DNA of 64,000 bases. Source: an uncultured Streptococcus sp. Its GTDB lineage: Bacteria > Bacillota > Bacilli > Lactobacillales > Streptococcaceae. The position numbers were made by a program, and so were the translations under genes. The stretch is from positions 30,678 through 94,677 of the forward strand of contig NZ_CAUPII010000003.1 in the NCBI RefSeq assembly GCF_963511325.1, in the 5' to 3' direction. The notes beneath the pieces were generated by a model. It had not been told where the DNA came from. It saw only the letters and a program-made list of their open reading frames with translations, and did no database searches. Each line of letters opens with the position of its first letter. The first letter of the stretch is position 1. Below are positions 7,443 to 17,481 of this stretch, piece by piece.

Positions 7443-10400
7443 TTATTTTATTCTTATAAAAGTTTGATAGTGATCTTGAGTATACCATATGGATCCATCT
7501 TCACCTATAACAATTCTTTCCATTCCTCTTCGCACTCCTTTTTGATATGGATGAACATCGTACTCTTTATAAGTAATTCCATCGGGAAGGAGTTCTTCAC
7601 CATCTAAAGGCTCATTTTTATAAACTTTTCCTCCTTTAAATCCATCTGGTGGATTACCCTTATTGTTTTTAATCTGTGAAATAGTATCTTCAACATATTG
7701 AGGAATTTTATTAACATCTTTGACATCATCTACTTTATCCGCCACACGAGCAGCGTCTGATGCCTTGTCCGCTGCCTTTGCAGCTTTCGAAGCATCTTTA
7801 GCTTTATCAGCTGCCTTTGTAGCTTTTGAAGCATCATTGACTACGTCTACTGCATCGAGTGCTTTTTCAAGTTTCCTTAATTTGCCAGCCTTAGCTATAG
7901 GAAAGAAATTACTTGCAATATCAACAGCTAACTCTGCACCTGCCGCCCAACGATTTGCGTCTTCGCCCGTTAGTGGATCTTTCCCTGTAACTAAACGTTC
8001 TCCATTATTCCAGCCTATGAATTCAGCTGCTAAAGTTGGAAGTTTAGCTTTATTTTCTTGGTTAAACTTCGCAAATTTTACATTAGAGGCATAGGCATTT
8101 TCCTCAGGAGTCATTGGGGGAGCCTTTAGATACTCCTCTAATGTCATCCTATCAATTCGCTCTTTCTGATCCGGTCTAAGTCCATGTCTTGCCGCATCTT
8201 CATACTTTCTAAAGTCTGCGACAGATGGAACTTTATTTTCTCCCTTATCGGAGGCACCAGTTGTTTTTGGATCACAGACATGTTTTAAGGTATTCTGCAA
8301 GGCTGTTCCCCAGTTTCGGAGGAGATTCATGCCTTCTCGGATTGTAGGGGAGGCCTTAAATCCTATTGCCACAGCATAGGCAGTACGAATTGCTTGATAG
8401 TGTAGTTCTTGAATACGAGCTTGTGCTTGCTGGTATTTCGTTTGAACATAATCGACTGTACTATTGTAGGTCGTTTGAACCTTATTCCACTGTCTGCCAA
8501 CCCAGTTAACACCTCTATCAATCTGTCTACCAACCCAGTTAATGCCTCTATCAATCTGTCTGCCAACCCAGTTAACGCCTCTATCAATCTGTCTGCCAAC
8601 CCAATTAACGCCTCTACTAATCTGTCTGCCAACCCAATTAACGCCTCTACTAATTTGTCTGCCAGCCCAATTAAGACCTGACTTAACATAGTTCCAGCCT
8701 TTTTTGATACTGTTCCAGAAGTGCCCACTCGGGTCGGTATAGTTGACGGGGTTGTTCTGCACATAGCTGTAACGGTTCTGGCTGAGAGGGTCTGTTTCCT
8801 CACCTGGGTAGCTATCCTCGGTTAAGAAAGTACCTCCCTGACTATCATAATACCTTGCGCGTAAATAGTCAAGTCCAGTATCGTCACGGGCTTCGCCGTT
8901 ATAGGCGAATGGATTCCCTGTTGTATCTGTGCTTGTCTTTCTTGCTCCATAGAGGTTATAGCGACTGGATGCGACGGCTTGTCCATCCTTGGTCAAACCT
9001 GTCACAGAGCCTGATTGGTTGGTCAAATAGTTGTAGCTGTCACCTGTTTGGTTGTTGAGGTAGCTAGCTCGACCCTGACCATAGCTATAGGTCACACGAG
9101 CCTTGCCATCATGATCATAGGTTTCGAGGACTTCTGTATGTTCACGATTGACATCGTTGACATAGTTGCGTTCCTCGTAGTAGTTGTAGGTATCCTCTCG
9201 TGTGGTGTAAGGGATCAGGACATCCTGAACCTGACTGGCATAGGTCACTTCTCCCTGACCCGGTAAGTTACCGAGTTCTGGTGGGTTGACCACGATCCCT
9301 TCCTTACTTGCTCGATCCTTAGCCACTTTCTGGTGATAGGCTCTCGACACATCGTCAAAGATACTGTGCCAGATGCTTCCTACTGTCTGTGGTAGGGTGG
9401 ATAGAGCTTGGAGGACATTCTGACTAAAGCCATACCAGAAGAGGGAGTTTTCTTCCCCACTTGGGGCTGTATATGGCGACTTACGACCTGACTTGCTTTC
9501 CTTTGGCTTGCGTTGGAAGAGTTGATATGTGTTCTTGCCTTCCTTGCGACTAGCAGTGAAGACACGATTATCATCTCCGTCGTAAAGTGCAGCCATGAGA
9601 AGACCCTTCTTGTCCTTGATCGCAAGCAAGCGGTTCTCTGTATCGTAGATATAGTCTAGCTTCTCTGAGTTCTTCTCAGAAGCGATGCGATTGCCATTCT
9701 TGTCGTAGGTATAGGTGATAGTGCCATCTGGACCTTCTAGTTTGGTCAAGCGGTTATGGTCATCATAGGTAAAGCGTGTCTGGCTCTCCTTACCATCGAC
9801 TGTCTCGTTGCTGGTCAATTTATTGCCGGCTAGGTCATAGGTGTAAGAGAGCTTGGAGAGTTCCTTACCAGATGCATCCGATACGGTCATATTTTCCACT
9901 TGACCCAGAGTATCGTAAGTATAGGTATGGACTAGGGTTTCGCCATCCTGCTTGATGGTTTCCTTGGCGATATAGCCACCATCATCATACTCATAGCCGT
10001 AGCTGGAGATGAGTTTGTCCTGCTTGTCCATGTGACGGAGTTCGGTGAGGCGGTGAGCCTTGTCATAGGTCAAGAAGCTCTTGGTTCCATCTCCTCGATT
10101 AACTTCCGTCAGATCCCCTGCTGGGTTGTAGCTATAAGTGGTCTGTTGTCCCTTGACATCTGTCACGGAAGTGAGACGATCCAGTTCATCGTAAGTATAA
10201 GAGACTGTGCTACCATCTGGGTAAATCATCTTCGAGATATTGCCATAGGCATCATACTCGTACTGAATCAGGCTACCATCTCCCTGACGAACACCCGTGA
10301 TCTCGCCTTCTTCGTTGGTCGCGTACTGACTAGTTCCTGTCAGGTCACTCATAGACACCCGACGACCATCCGCATCATAGGTATAGAGGACTTGACCATC

Positions 10401-13400
10401 TTGCTTTTCAGAATACTCCACCTTGAGTAGTTGATCTAGCTTGTTGTAGTCGTAGCTAATGGTTTTCCCATCGGACTTGGTTACTTTTTCGAGCTGGTTA
10501 TTGACATTGTAGGTATAGGTCTCCTTATCTCCTAGACTGTTCATGCGCTCCACTAGATTGGAAAGCTGGTCATAACTGTATCTTGTGACCTTGCCATTTC
10601 CATTCGTAACCGAAGTGACATTGCCCACACTGTCGTAGGTATAGCTAGAGGTAGAAGCCTTCTCTCCACTTCCTTGTGTCGCTGTAAGCAACTGATCCTT
10701 TAGGTCATAGGTGTAGGTCTTGACACGCTTGCTTCCGGATGTGACACTGGTGAGGTTGCCATTGGCATCATAGGTCATACTTGCGACGCCGCCAGCTTCA
10801 TCTGTGATTTTCGTGAGATGGTTATCGTGGTCATAGCCATACTTAGTCCACTGGCCTGCCGTATCGCTTTCTGAGGTGAGGCGATTGAGGCTATCATAGG
10901 TCCGCTTGGTTACTTGACCGAGAGGATTCGTCTCCTCAAGGAGATTACCGTTCGGATCATAGGTATAGGTCGTTTCGCGCTTGCCATTGATGGTTCGTTT
11001 GGTTACCTGACCGACTGGGTCATAGCTTGATTCTACTGTTCGACCAGTTGGCGTTTTGATCGTTTTTAGTTGATCAAGGGTCGTATAGTCAAAAGTGGTT
11101 GTAGCACCTGACGGCTTGATCAGTTTGGCTAGGTTCCCCGCTTCATCGTAGCTATACTTGGTTTCAAGGTCAAGGGCGTTCTTAGCCGTTAAGAGACGAC
11201 CAACCTTGTCATAGCTATAGTGATTGCTTCGATCGGATTGGTCTGTCTCTTGCACCAAGTTCCCAGACACATCATAGCTATAGGTTTTCGATAGTCCCTG
11301 TGGACCTGTTTGCTTGGTGAGACGTCCCAAGGCATCATAGGCGTAGGTGTATGCTGCCTCATTTGGTAAGGTGCGTTTGGTCACACGACCATAAAGGTCA
11401 TTGACATAGTTGGTGCTATGACCGTTGGCATCTGTTTCTTTTGCCAAGCTACCTGTAGTGTCATAGGCATACTGATCCTCTCCACCTGTTGGACGTTTCT
11501 TACTGCTGACACGGTTCATACTGTCATAACTGTAGGTCGTTGTATGTCCTTCGCCACTCGTTTCGCTCAAACGATTTCCCAAAGCATCATAGCTGAAGCT
11601 TTGCTTGCTTCCTGTTGGAGCTACTGTTTCGATGATTCGTCCTAATGGGTCGTACTTAAAGGCTGTCGCTTGACCATTTGGATCTGTATAGAGTACCAAT
11701 TTTTTATTGGCATCATAACCATAGCTACTTGAATGGCCATTGGCATCGGTCATTTTAGAGAGGTTGCCAAGGACATCATATTCGTAAGTGGAGGTATTGC
11801 CATCGGCATCCGACTCTGTCACCACTCGGTTGAGAGCATCGTAGCTATACTTGGTTTCACGTTTCAGATGATCGACGATCTTAAGCAGATTGCCGTTTTG
11901 ATCATAGTGATAAGTCTTGGTCTTACCTTCTTGGTCTGTTGAACTTGCGACATTGCCCATGACATCATAGGTAAAGGTTTCGCTGGTCTTATCTGCGTAG
12001 ACCACCTTAGTCAGTTGGTTGTCACCATTATAGCTATATTGGGTAACCTCACCCAAGCTGTTGGTTAAAGTGAGACGATTTCCTGCCTTATCGTAGGTGT
12101 AGGTCTCATTGAGATCCTGATTATCTTTTTTGTTCACTACTCGGTTGGCGGCATCGTAGCTGTACTCTGTTACCAAACCACTAGAATGCGTCTGCTTGAT
12201 GAGACGATCAAGGGCATCGTATTCTTGTCTTACGGTAGTTCCGTCTGGAAGAGTCACTTCTTCCAGTTGAGCCGTTGAGGTATAGGTCATATTAGTGACA
12301 TTGCCATTGGCATCGGTGACCTGAATCGGATAGCCCAGTTCATTATAGGTATACTGAGTCTTACCACCCAAGGCATCTGTCAATTCTGTCAACTGTTCCA
12401 TCTGGTTGTAGGCCATCTTAGTGACATTGCCTAAACCATCTGTAATACTGGAAACTTGATTTTGGCCTGTATAAGTCGTGCTAGCAGTATAGCCTGCCGC
12501 ATCTGTAAGACTATTTTGATTGCCATTGGCATCATAGGTCATGCTGGTGCGGTGACCCAAGGCATTGGTTGTTGCGATCAGGCGCCCTGCCTTACTATAT
12601 TCATAAGTCGTTTCTTTTCCAAGGGCGTCTGTCATGGACAGGATATTCCCCATCGCATCCAACACATATGAAACACTGCTACCATCTGGGTAAGTCACAC
12701 CTGTCACATTTCCCGATGCATCATAGGTATAGCTGGTAGTCTTTTTCTGTTTGGTTTCGCTAAGTTTATTTCCAACACTGTCATAGGTGTATGTCACTGT
12801 CTGACCTGCTTCATCGGTGTAAGATAGCACACGACCCATGATATCATAAGTAGTCTCTGCCTTTGTACCGATTGGGTAAGAAACTGAGGTTATATTTCCT
12901 GCTGCGTCATAAGTATTTTGAGTAACTTGACCTAAAGCATCTGTGATGGTTTTAACGGCATTGTTTCTATCATCATAAGTCAAGCTACTGCTATTACCTG
13001 CTTCATTAGTTCGAGTGACAATTCGACCCAGCGCATCACGAGTAACGGTAGTCGTTTGACCTGAAGCATTGGTTTCTGTTAGGAAACGACCCTTACTATC
13101 ATATGTATAGCTAGTAGTGTGTCCTTCTGCATCAGTCACGGAAAGCTGGTTTCCAACACCATCATAAATGTAACTATAGGTTCCACCTTCTCCATTCGAA
13201 GCACCGATTTTACGGCCAAAACCATCATAGGTGAAGGTAGTCGTATTACCATTGCCTTCTGTCACAGCTGTCACTTGACCGGCCTTATCAAAAGTATGGC
13301 TCGTCCCAACACCATCGGCATCTTTTTCGCTCAGCTTGCGACCTTCTGCATCATAGGTGAAAGTCTTGGTCCCACCGAGAGGATTCGTAATGCTAGTGAC

Positions 13401-16400
13401 TTGATTGTGTGCATTATAGGTAAAGGTTGATACGCCTCCCAAAGGATTAGTGAGGCTTACCAGATTCGCACCTTCATAGGCAAAGGAAGTTGTATGCCCC
13501 GCCGCATCTGTTGTAGACAAGATGCGCCCTTGCTGATCGACAGTATAAGTAATCTTAGACCCATCTGGCAATGTTGTCTGGATTAGATTGCCATTGGCAT
13601 CATAGCTATGAGCTGTTGATGCACCACTAAAGTCAGTGAGAGACAGAAGATGGTTCTTCTCATCATAGCTAGAAGTTTTTACCGCACCGTCGAAACGCGT
13701 TTCTGTCAAGGTGTTTCCACTGCTGTCATAGGTGTAGCGAGTTATTTGCCCCGCTTCATTCGTCACGCTTGACAGACGGTTGTTTTCATCATACGTTTTT
13801 GAGACACTAGTTCCATCTGCATAGCGAATGCCAGTTGTACGATATTGCTCATCGTAAGTATATACGGTTTGATTGCCATTTCCATCGGTAGTGATTGTCT
13901 GACCTTCACTATAAGAAAGAGTTGAAACAGCACCTGCACCATCTGTTTGCTTGATGACACGATTTTCCTCATCGTACTCGTTTTGGATAACCTTGGTCCC
14001 ATTTCCATCATACCAGGCTGTCATACGTCCCTTATCGTCATATTCATAACGAGTAGGAACTCCCGTAGCGTCCGTATAGGTAATCAAATGACCATTCGTG
14101 TCATATTCATAGGTCAAAGTTGAACCATTAGGGATTTGAATCGCACCAATATAGCCATCTGTATTATAGGTGATATTATAAACCAAGCCTGTAGGAGATG
14201 TGATCTTGGTCAGCTGGTAATTTTCATTATAATCAAAGCTTGTTTTATTGCCTTTTTCATCTGTCTGACTCGTTAAGAGACCGTGATAGTTGAAAATTTT
14301 CTCTTGATGATTGTGATCAACAACTCGGTATTCCTTAACATCATAGTCTTCTTTTTCGTCTCCGCCAAAGTCCCCCTTCTTCGTTTCAACTGTTTTTACT
14401 TCGAGAGTAAGGTCATAACCGCTTGGAGCACGATAGCCATCTCCATCCTTCGCAAACTTAAGGATAGAACCGTCTGTACGAGTATAGTAAAGATTTTGGT
14501 CTTCATCGCTCGACAACTGTTCATTAAAGGCAAATGACCAACCTCGACCAAAGAGACTATTGATGCCTGCTGCTTTAGAATTATAGGCGCGAGTAATTTC
14601 AAACTTCCCGTCAATATCTGTGATAGAAACATCTGTTCGATCTAGGTAGAAATTACCCGTGTTTAGATTGATAGGTTCAAATCCAAACTCACAGTGAAGA
14701 CCACGACCCATTAAAAGCCTGTCTATTTCTGCCTTGGTATTAGATGTCAAGGCTGGTGGATTATAAGGTTTATCAACATTCTTTCTTGGATTACGAATAA
14801 ATAGGGTGTTGTTTTGCACAAGCATCATATCTTGGATACGATTATCGTAAGCAAGTTGATTGAGTGGTACTCCATAGTATGCCGCAATCTTTGGAAGGGT
14901 ATCAAACTGGGTAACTTTGTAAATCAAGAAAGTATCACTTGATTTTTTACCACTAGTTTGACTATCCTTTTTACTCTCTGCGTCAATCGTATAAACCTTG
15001 TTTAGTTCAGGTTCTGTGAAAGGAACCTGTGTCTGCCAGTTTGAAAGTTTATCTTTATATTTGGTCGTTCCCTTTTCAAATGCTGCATCAAAGAAACTAC
15101 TATCAGGGTATTTGTAAGAAAAACTTGCAGAGCTTTGTCCCTTGTAGTCTTTCGCAGTATCACTAAGATTGTAATCAACCTGAGCACCCGGCGTTGTCAG
15201 ACCATCCGCAAAGACTCCCTGAAATTGCAACTTTCCTTTCTTATCTGTCTTCACCATTGTCCGAAGATTGATGGTTGTGTTCCCTATTGGATAATTAACA
15301 TCAACTGGATCTGGAACGGACCAATTAATCGTCAAACTTGGAGCCTTGTCTGGAGTAAATCCAATCTGTCCTGCATTTTCTGCCGTCGCTTCGGTTGTGT
15401 AGAAAGCACCACCATCTGAGCCTTCGTCGGTTGCAGCTACAACTAGACCATAGTTTGGTTCCAAACCTTGAACCCATGCATTCACAGTCTCACGGATATC
15501 AAAGTTATGCATTCCAATCTTCTTACCACTAGTCGCGTTTTTTCCTGCAATTTCCATATCAAGGCCCACAGAAGTATCCCATGTGAGGTTATTGATATCG
15601 AAGTCTTGTTTCAAGCGATAAGCTGCAAACTGGGTTGATTGAGAATCTGGTGCCGTATATTCATAGATGTTTAGACTCGCACTATCAATACGCGCTTCCT
15701 TAGGAATACTCTTTTGAAAATCGTAATTAATCTTAAAGTACATCCTCGCGCGTCCGACATCACGAACACCTGGAACACCAGCCATTCCCATCATTTCAGC
15801 GGTCATATATCCAACATAACCATAGGCATAACCTTGGTATTGCCCATGTACAGATGAGGTAACAATGTCAAGAATTTTTTCTCGTGGAACTGTTACAGTC
15901 GGGTCTATCCGAACAGGATACTTACGTTCAGAATCAGACAACCACTCTTTACTAGCTGTGACTGTCACTTCATGACGCCCATCCCCTTTTTTCAATCCAA
16001 GGGTTAAGGCATTACTTGTAGCGCCTACACTATCCACCATCATTGGGGCAGTTAGTACAAAGAGGATCTTCGTTTCCCCCTTTTCACGGACAAGGATTTG
16101 ATTGTCTTTCAAAGAAACATCATACTTAGATGCATCCAAACCATAAGTAAAGGAGTTCTTCCCACCCCACTCGGCTAAGATGATTTCTTCTTTGACTCCA
16201 TTAGACTGTACCGTATATTGCACATCTGTTTTGCCATCAACATTGTTATATAAGATCGCATTCTTTTCTACAGTTGCTTGTTCGTATGTCTTATCAAGCG
16301 GATACAAAGAAATTTTATCATCCTTATGAGTAATATCAATGGGAGTCTCTTTTTTGACTTCGCTCGGAAGAACTACTCCTACTGGAGATTCTTTTGGTAG

Positions 16401-16871
16401 ATAATAATGCTTCCCATTAGCATGATAAGAATATAGAGATAAATCTACAGGAACTTCTACCCCTTCTTTATCAATATATGTTTTGATATCACTACCAATA
16501 TGCGTCACAAAGTGAGTATCATCAACCCGAAACAGTTGTTCTTGCCCACTAACCGCTACTGGTGCCCCGTATTGTTTTTTCAGCTCTGCCTCTTCCTTAC
16601 TCTCTCCATTGGCCACTTTGGGCTGTTGAAGGGCGTCTCCTCCATCTTTTACTGGTTTTGATGAGGCTTCAGCACTTGTCGATCCTTCTGTATTCGCATT
16701 TTCAGAACCAACAGTCTGGCTACTCGCCTCTGTAACAGATTTTTTATAAGTTTCCTCAGCCTGGCCTTGTTTAATTGCTTGGTTTATTTCTTCCGCATAG
16801 ATCAACGGCATATTAGAAACAAACAAACTCAGCAATAATAACCATTGTATGGACTTACGCAGTCTTTTCAT
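7443..16871 (-). CDS. Rhs/YD-repeat (WapA-like) polymorphic toxin: signal peptide, DNRLRE-like domain, LysM, YD repeats, RHS core, PT-TG-like region, barnase/RNase Sa-like tip
   Basis: Signal MKRLRKSIQWLLLLSLFVS...IYA|EE; LysM YKVTQFDTLPKIAAYYGVPLNQL; EPINLNTGNF; dozens of YxYD repeats; PVNYTDPSG; TGKDPLTGE; YKEYDV...RGMERIV...YTQDHYQTF. RBS AAGGAG favours ATG 16871. Confidence 0.93.
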   Translation of the reverse strand: MKRLRKSIQWLLLLSLFVSNMPLIYAEEINQAIKQGQAEETYKKSVTEASSQTVGSENANTEGSTSAEASSKPVKDGGDALQQPKVANGESKEEAELKKQYGAPVAVSGQEQLFRVDDTHFVTHIGSDIKTYIDKEGVEVPVDLSLYSYHANGKHYYLPKESPVGVVLPSEVKKETPIDITHKDDKISLYPLDKTYEQATVEKNAILYNNVDGKTDVQYTVQSNGVKEEIILAEWGGKNSFTYGLDASKYDVSLKDNQILVREKGETKILFVLTAPMMVDSVGATSNALTLGLKKGDGRHEVTVTASKEWLSDSERKYPVRIDPTVTVPREKILDIVTSSVHGQYQGYAYGYVGYMTAEMMGMAGVPGVRDVGRARMYFKINYDFQKSIPKEARIDSASLNIYEYTAPDSQSTQFAAYRLKQDFDINNLTWDTSVGLDMEIAGKNATSGKKIGMHNFDIRETVNAWVQGLEPNYGLVVAATDEGSDGGAFYTTEATAENAGQIGFTPDKAPSLTINWSVPDPVDVNYPIGNTTINLRTMVKTDKKGKLQFQGVFADGLTTPGAQVDYNLSDTAKDYKGQSSASFSYKYPDSSFFDAAFEKGTTKYKDKLSNWQTQVPFTEPELNKVYTIDAESKKDSQTSGKKSSDTFLIYKVTQFDTLPKIAAYYGVPLNQLAYDNRIQDMMLVQNNTLFIRNPRKNVDKPYNPPALTSNTKAEIDRLLMGRGLHCEFGFEPINLNTGNFYLDRTDVSITDIDGKFEITRAYNSKAAGINSLFGRGWSFAFNEQLSSDEDQNLYYTRTDGSILKFAKDGDGYRAPSGYDLTLEVKTVETKKGDFGGDEKEDYDVKEYRVVDHNHQEKIFNYHGLLTSQTDEKGNKTSFDYNENYQLTKITSPTGLVYNITYNTDGYIGAIQIPNGSTLTYEYDTNGHLITYTDATGVPTRYEYDDKGRMTAWYDGNGTKVIQNEYDEENRVIKQTDGAGAVSTLSYSEGQTITTDGNGNQTVYTYDEQYRTTGIRYADGTSVSKTYDENNRLSSVTNEAGQITRYTYDSSGNTLTETRFDGAVKTSSYDEKNHLLSLTDFSGASTAHSYDANGNLIQTTLPDGSKITYTVDQQGRILSTTDAAGHTTSFAYEGANLVSLTNPLGGVSTFTYNAHNQVTSITNPLGGTKTFTYDAEGRKLSEKDADGVGTSHTFDKAGQVTAVTEGNGNTTTFTYDGFGRKIGASNGEGGTYSYIYDGVGNQLSVTDAEGHTTSYTYDSKGRFLTETNASGQTTTVTRDALGRIVTRTNEAGNSSSLTYDDRNNAVKTITDALGQVTQNTYDAAGNITSVSYPIGTKAETTYDIMGRVLSYTDEAGQTVTYTYDSVGNKLSETKQKKTTSYTYDASGNVTGVTYPDGSSVSYVLDAMGNILSMTDALGKETTYEYSKAGRLIATTNALGHRTSMTYDANGNQNSLTDAAGYTASTTYTGQNQVSSITDGLGNVTKMAYNQMEQLTELTDALGGKTQYTYNELGYPIQVTDANGNVTNMTYTSTAQLEEVTLPDGTTVRQEYDALDRLIKQTHSSGLVTEYSYDAANRVVNKKDNQDLNETYTYDKAGNRLTLTNSLGEVTQYSYNGDNQLTKVVYADKTSETFTYDVMGNVASSTDQEGKTKTYHYDQNGNLLKIVDHLKRETKYSYDALNRVVTESDADGNTSTYEYDVLGNLSKMTDANGHSSSYGYDANKKLVLYTDPNGQATAFKYDPLGRIIETVAPTGSKQSFSYDALGNRLSETSGEGHTTTYSYDSMNRVSSKKRPTGGEDQYAYDTTGSLAKETDANGHSTNYVNDLYGRVTKRTLPNEAAYTYAYDALGRLTKQTGPQGLSKTYSYDVSGNLVQETDQSDRSNHYSYDKVGRLLTAKNALDLETKYSYDEAGNLAKLIKPSGATTTFDYTTLDQLKTIKTPTGRTVESSYDPVGQVTKRTINGKRETTYTYDPNGNLLEETNPLGQVTKRTYDSLNRLTSESDTAGQWTKYGYDHDNHLTKITDEAGGVASMTYDANGNLTSVTSGSKRVKTYTYDLKDQLLTATQGSGEKASTSSYTYDSVGNVTSVTNGNGKVTRYSYDQLSNLVERMNSLGDKETYTYNVNNQLEKVTKSDGKTISYDYNKLDQLLKVEYSEKQDGQVLYTYDADGRRVSMSDLTGTSQYATNEEGEITGVRQGDGSLIQYEYDAYGNISKMIYPDGSTVSYTYDELDRLTSVTDVKGQQTTYSYNPAGDLTEVNRGDGTKSFLTYDKAHRLTELRHMDKQDKLISSYGYEYDDGGYIAKETIKQDGETLVHTYTYDTLGQVENMTVSDASGKELSKLSYTYDLAGNKLTSNETVDGKESQTRFTYDDHNRLTKLEGPDGTITYTYDKNGNRIASEKNSEKLDYIYDTENRLLAIKDKKGLLMAALYDGDDNRVFTASRKEGKNTYQLFQRKPKESKSGRKSPYTAPSGEENSLFWYGFSQNVLQALSTLPQTVGSIWHSIFDDVSRAYHQKVAKDRASKEGIVVNPPELGNLPGQGEVTYASQVQDVLIPYTTREDTYNYYEERNYVNDVNREHTEVLETYDHDGKARVTYSYGQGRASYLNNQTGDSYNYLTNQSGSVTGLTKDGQAVASSRYNLYGARKTSTDTTGNPFAYNGEARDDTGLDYLRARYYDSQGGTFLTEDSYPGEETDPLSQNRYSYVQNNPVNYTDPSGHFWNSIKKGWNYVKSGLNWAGRQISRGVNWVGRQISRGVNWVGRQIDRGVNWVGRQIDRGINWVGRQIDRGVNWVGRQWNKVQTTYNSTVDYVQTKYQQAQARIQELHYQAIRTAYAVAIGFKASPTIREGMNLLRNWGTALQNTLKHVCDPKTTGASDKGENKVPSVADFRKYEDAARHGLRPDQKERIDRMTLEEYLKAPPMTPEENAYASNVKFAKFNQENKAKLPTLAAEFIGWNNGERLVTGKDPLTGEDANRWAAGAELAVDIASNFFPIAKAGKLRKLEKALDAVDVVNDASKATKAADKAKDASKAAKAADKASDAARVADKVDDVKDVNKIPQYVEDTISQIKNNKGNPPDGFKGGKVYKNEPLDGEELLPDGITYKEYDVHPYQKGVRRGMERIVIGEDGSIWYTQDHYQTFIRIK
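8481..8678 (-). repeat. 6 x 33-bp coding repeat (GVNWVGRQI[S/D]R) in the main Rhs
   Basis: Six tandem 11-aa units just after the DPSG motif. Confidence 0.9.
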
Positions 16872-17481
16872 CGGCATTCTCCTTTGTAAAATAAATAAAA
16901 TAATAAAGTGTAAAAATTAAAATAAGAGCATCGCCGATGGATAAAACGAAAGAACCTAGTATTGGGAACCAAACAGCAATAGCTAAACAAAAGGCGACAA
17001 TAAGCATGGATACCAGAACAGGTAGTCGCAATTGATCTACCCTACTTTTAATTGGTAAAGCTTTGTAAATACTAACCAGACTATAGGATAAGATTACTTT
17101 AAGAAAAGTTTGTACAATTGTAGTAAATGCCCAGATAGCAATCTTGACATGGCCATATTCCAAACTTGTATGATCGTATAAAACTTGACCCAAACCTCCG
17201 ATGAGGATGCCACATAAAATTGCACTAAACAAGTAAATCAGAATAGTGTGATTTAAACGTTTATCTGATCGGTACTGCCTATAAAACCAGATTGTTATTG
17301 GAAAAATAAGAACTATTCCTATTATTAAAAATAGTAGGCTGAATAAGGTTAGAATGAGTGATAAACCTTCCTCGACTATCACAGGAGAAATCGCACCTGT
17401 AAATAGAAGGCGTTGCCCCACTCCTAAAAACAGTAAGCCGATAGCTAGTCTCCAAAACCTTGAGAGTCTTAATATTTTCAT
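16855..17481 (-). CDS. Multi-pass membrane protein of unknown function in the Rhs operon
   Basis: About 6 hydrophobic segments. Overlaps the sortase stop (1 nt) and the rhs start. Confidence 0.75.
   Translation of the reverse strand: MKILRLSRFWRLAIGLLFLGVGQRLLFTGAISPVIVEEGLSLILTLFSLLFLIIGIVLIFPITIWFYRQYRSDKRLNHTILIYLFSAILCGILIGGLGQVLYDHTSLEYGHVKIAIWAFTTIVQTFLKVILSYSLVSIYKALPIKSRVDQLRLPVLVSMLIVAFCLAIAVWFPILGSFVLSIGDALILIFTLYYFIYFTKENADEKTA

Noticed and set aside
8481..8678. 33-bp periodic repeats resembling a CRISPR array (also 5918-6115)
   Set aside because: Contiguous in-frame coding repeats with no unique spacers, and no cas genes in the window.
9370..9400. LPQTVG in the Rhs as a sortase motif (also NPRKN after LysM and DPKTTG after HVC)
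   Set aside because: None is a canonical motif followed by a TM segment and basic tail; they cannot be supported from sequence alone.
7720..15419. Many short antisense or alternate-frame ORFs inside rhs (likewise within typA, trp, gal and ABC genes)
   Set aside because: Shadow ORFs of well-supported genes.
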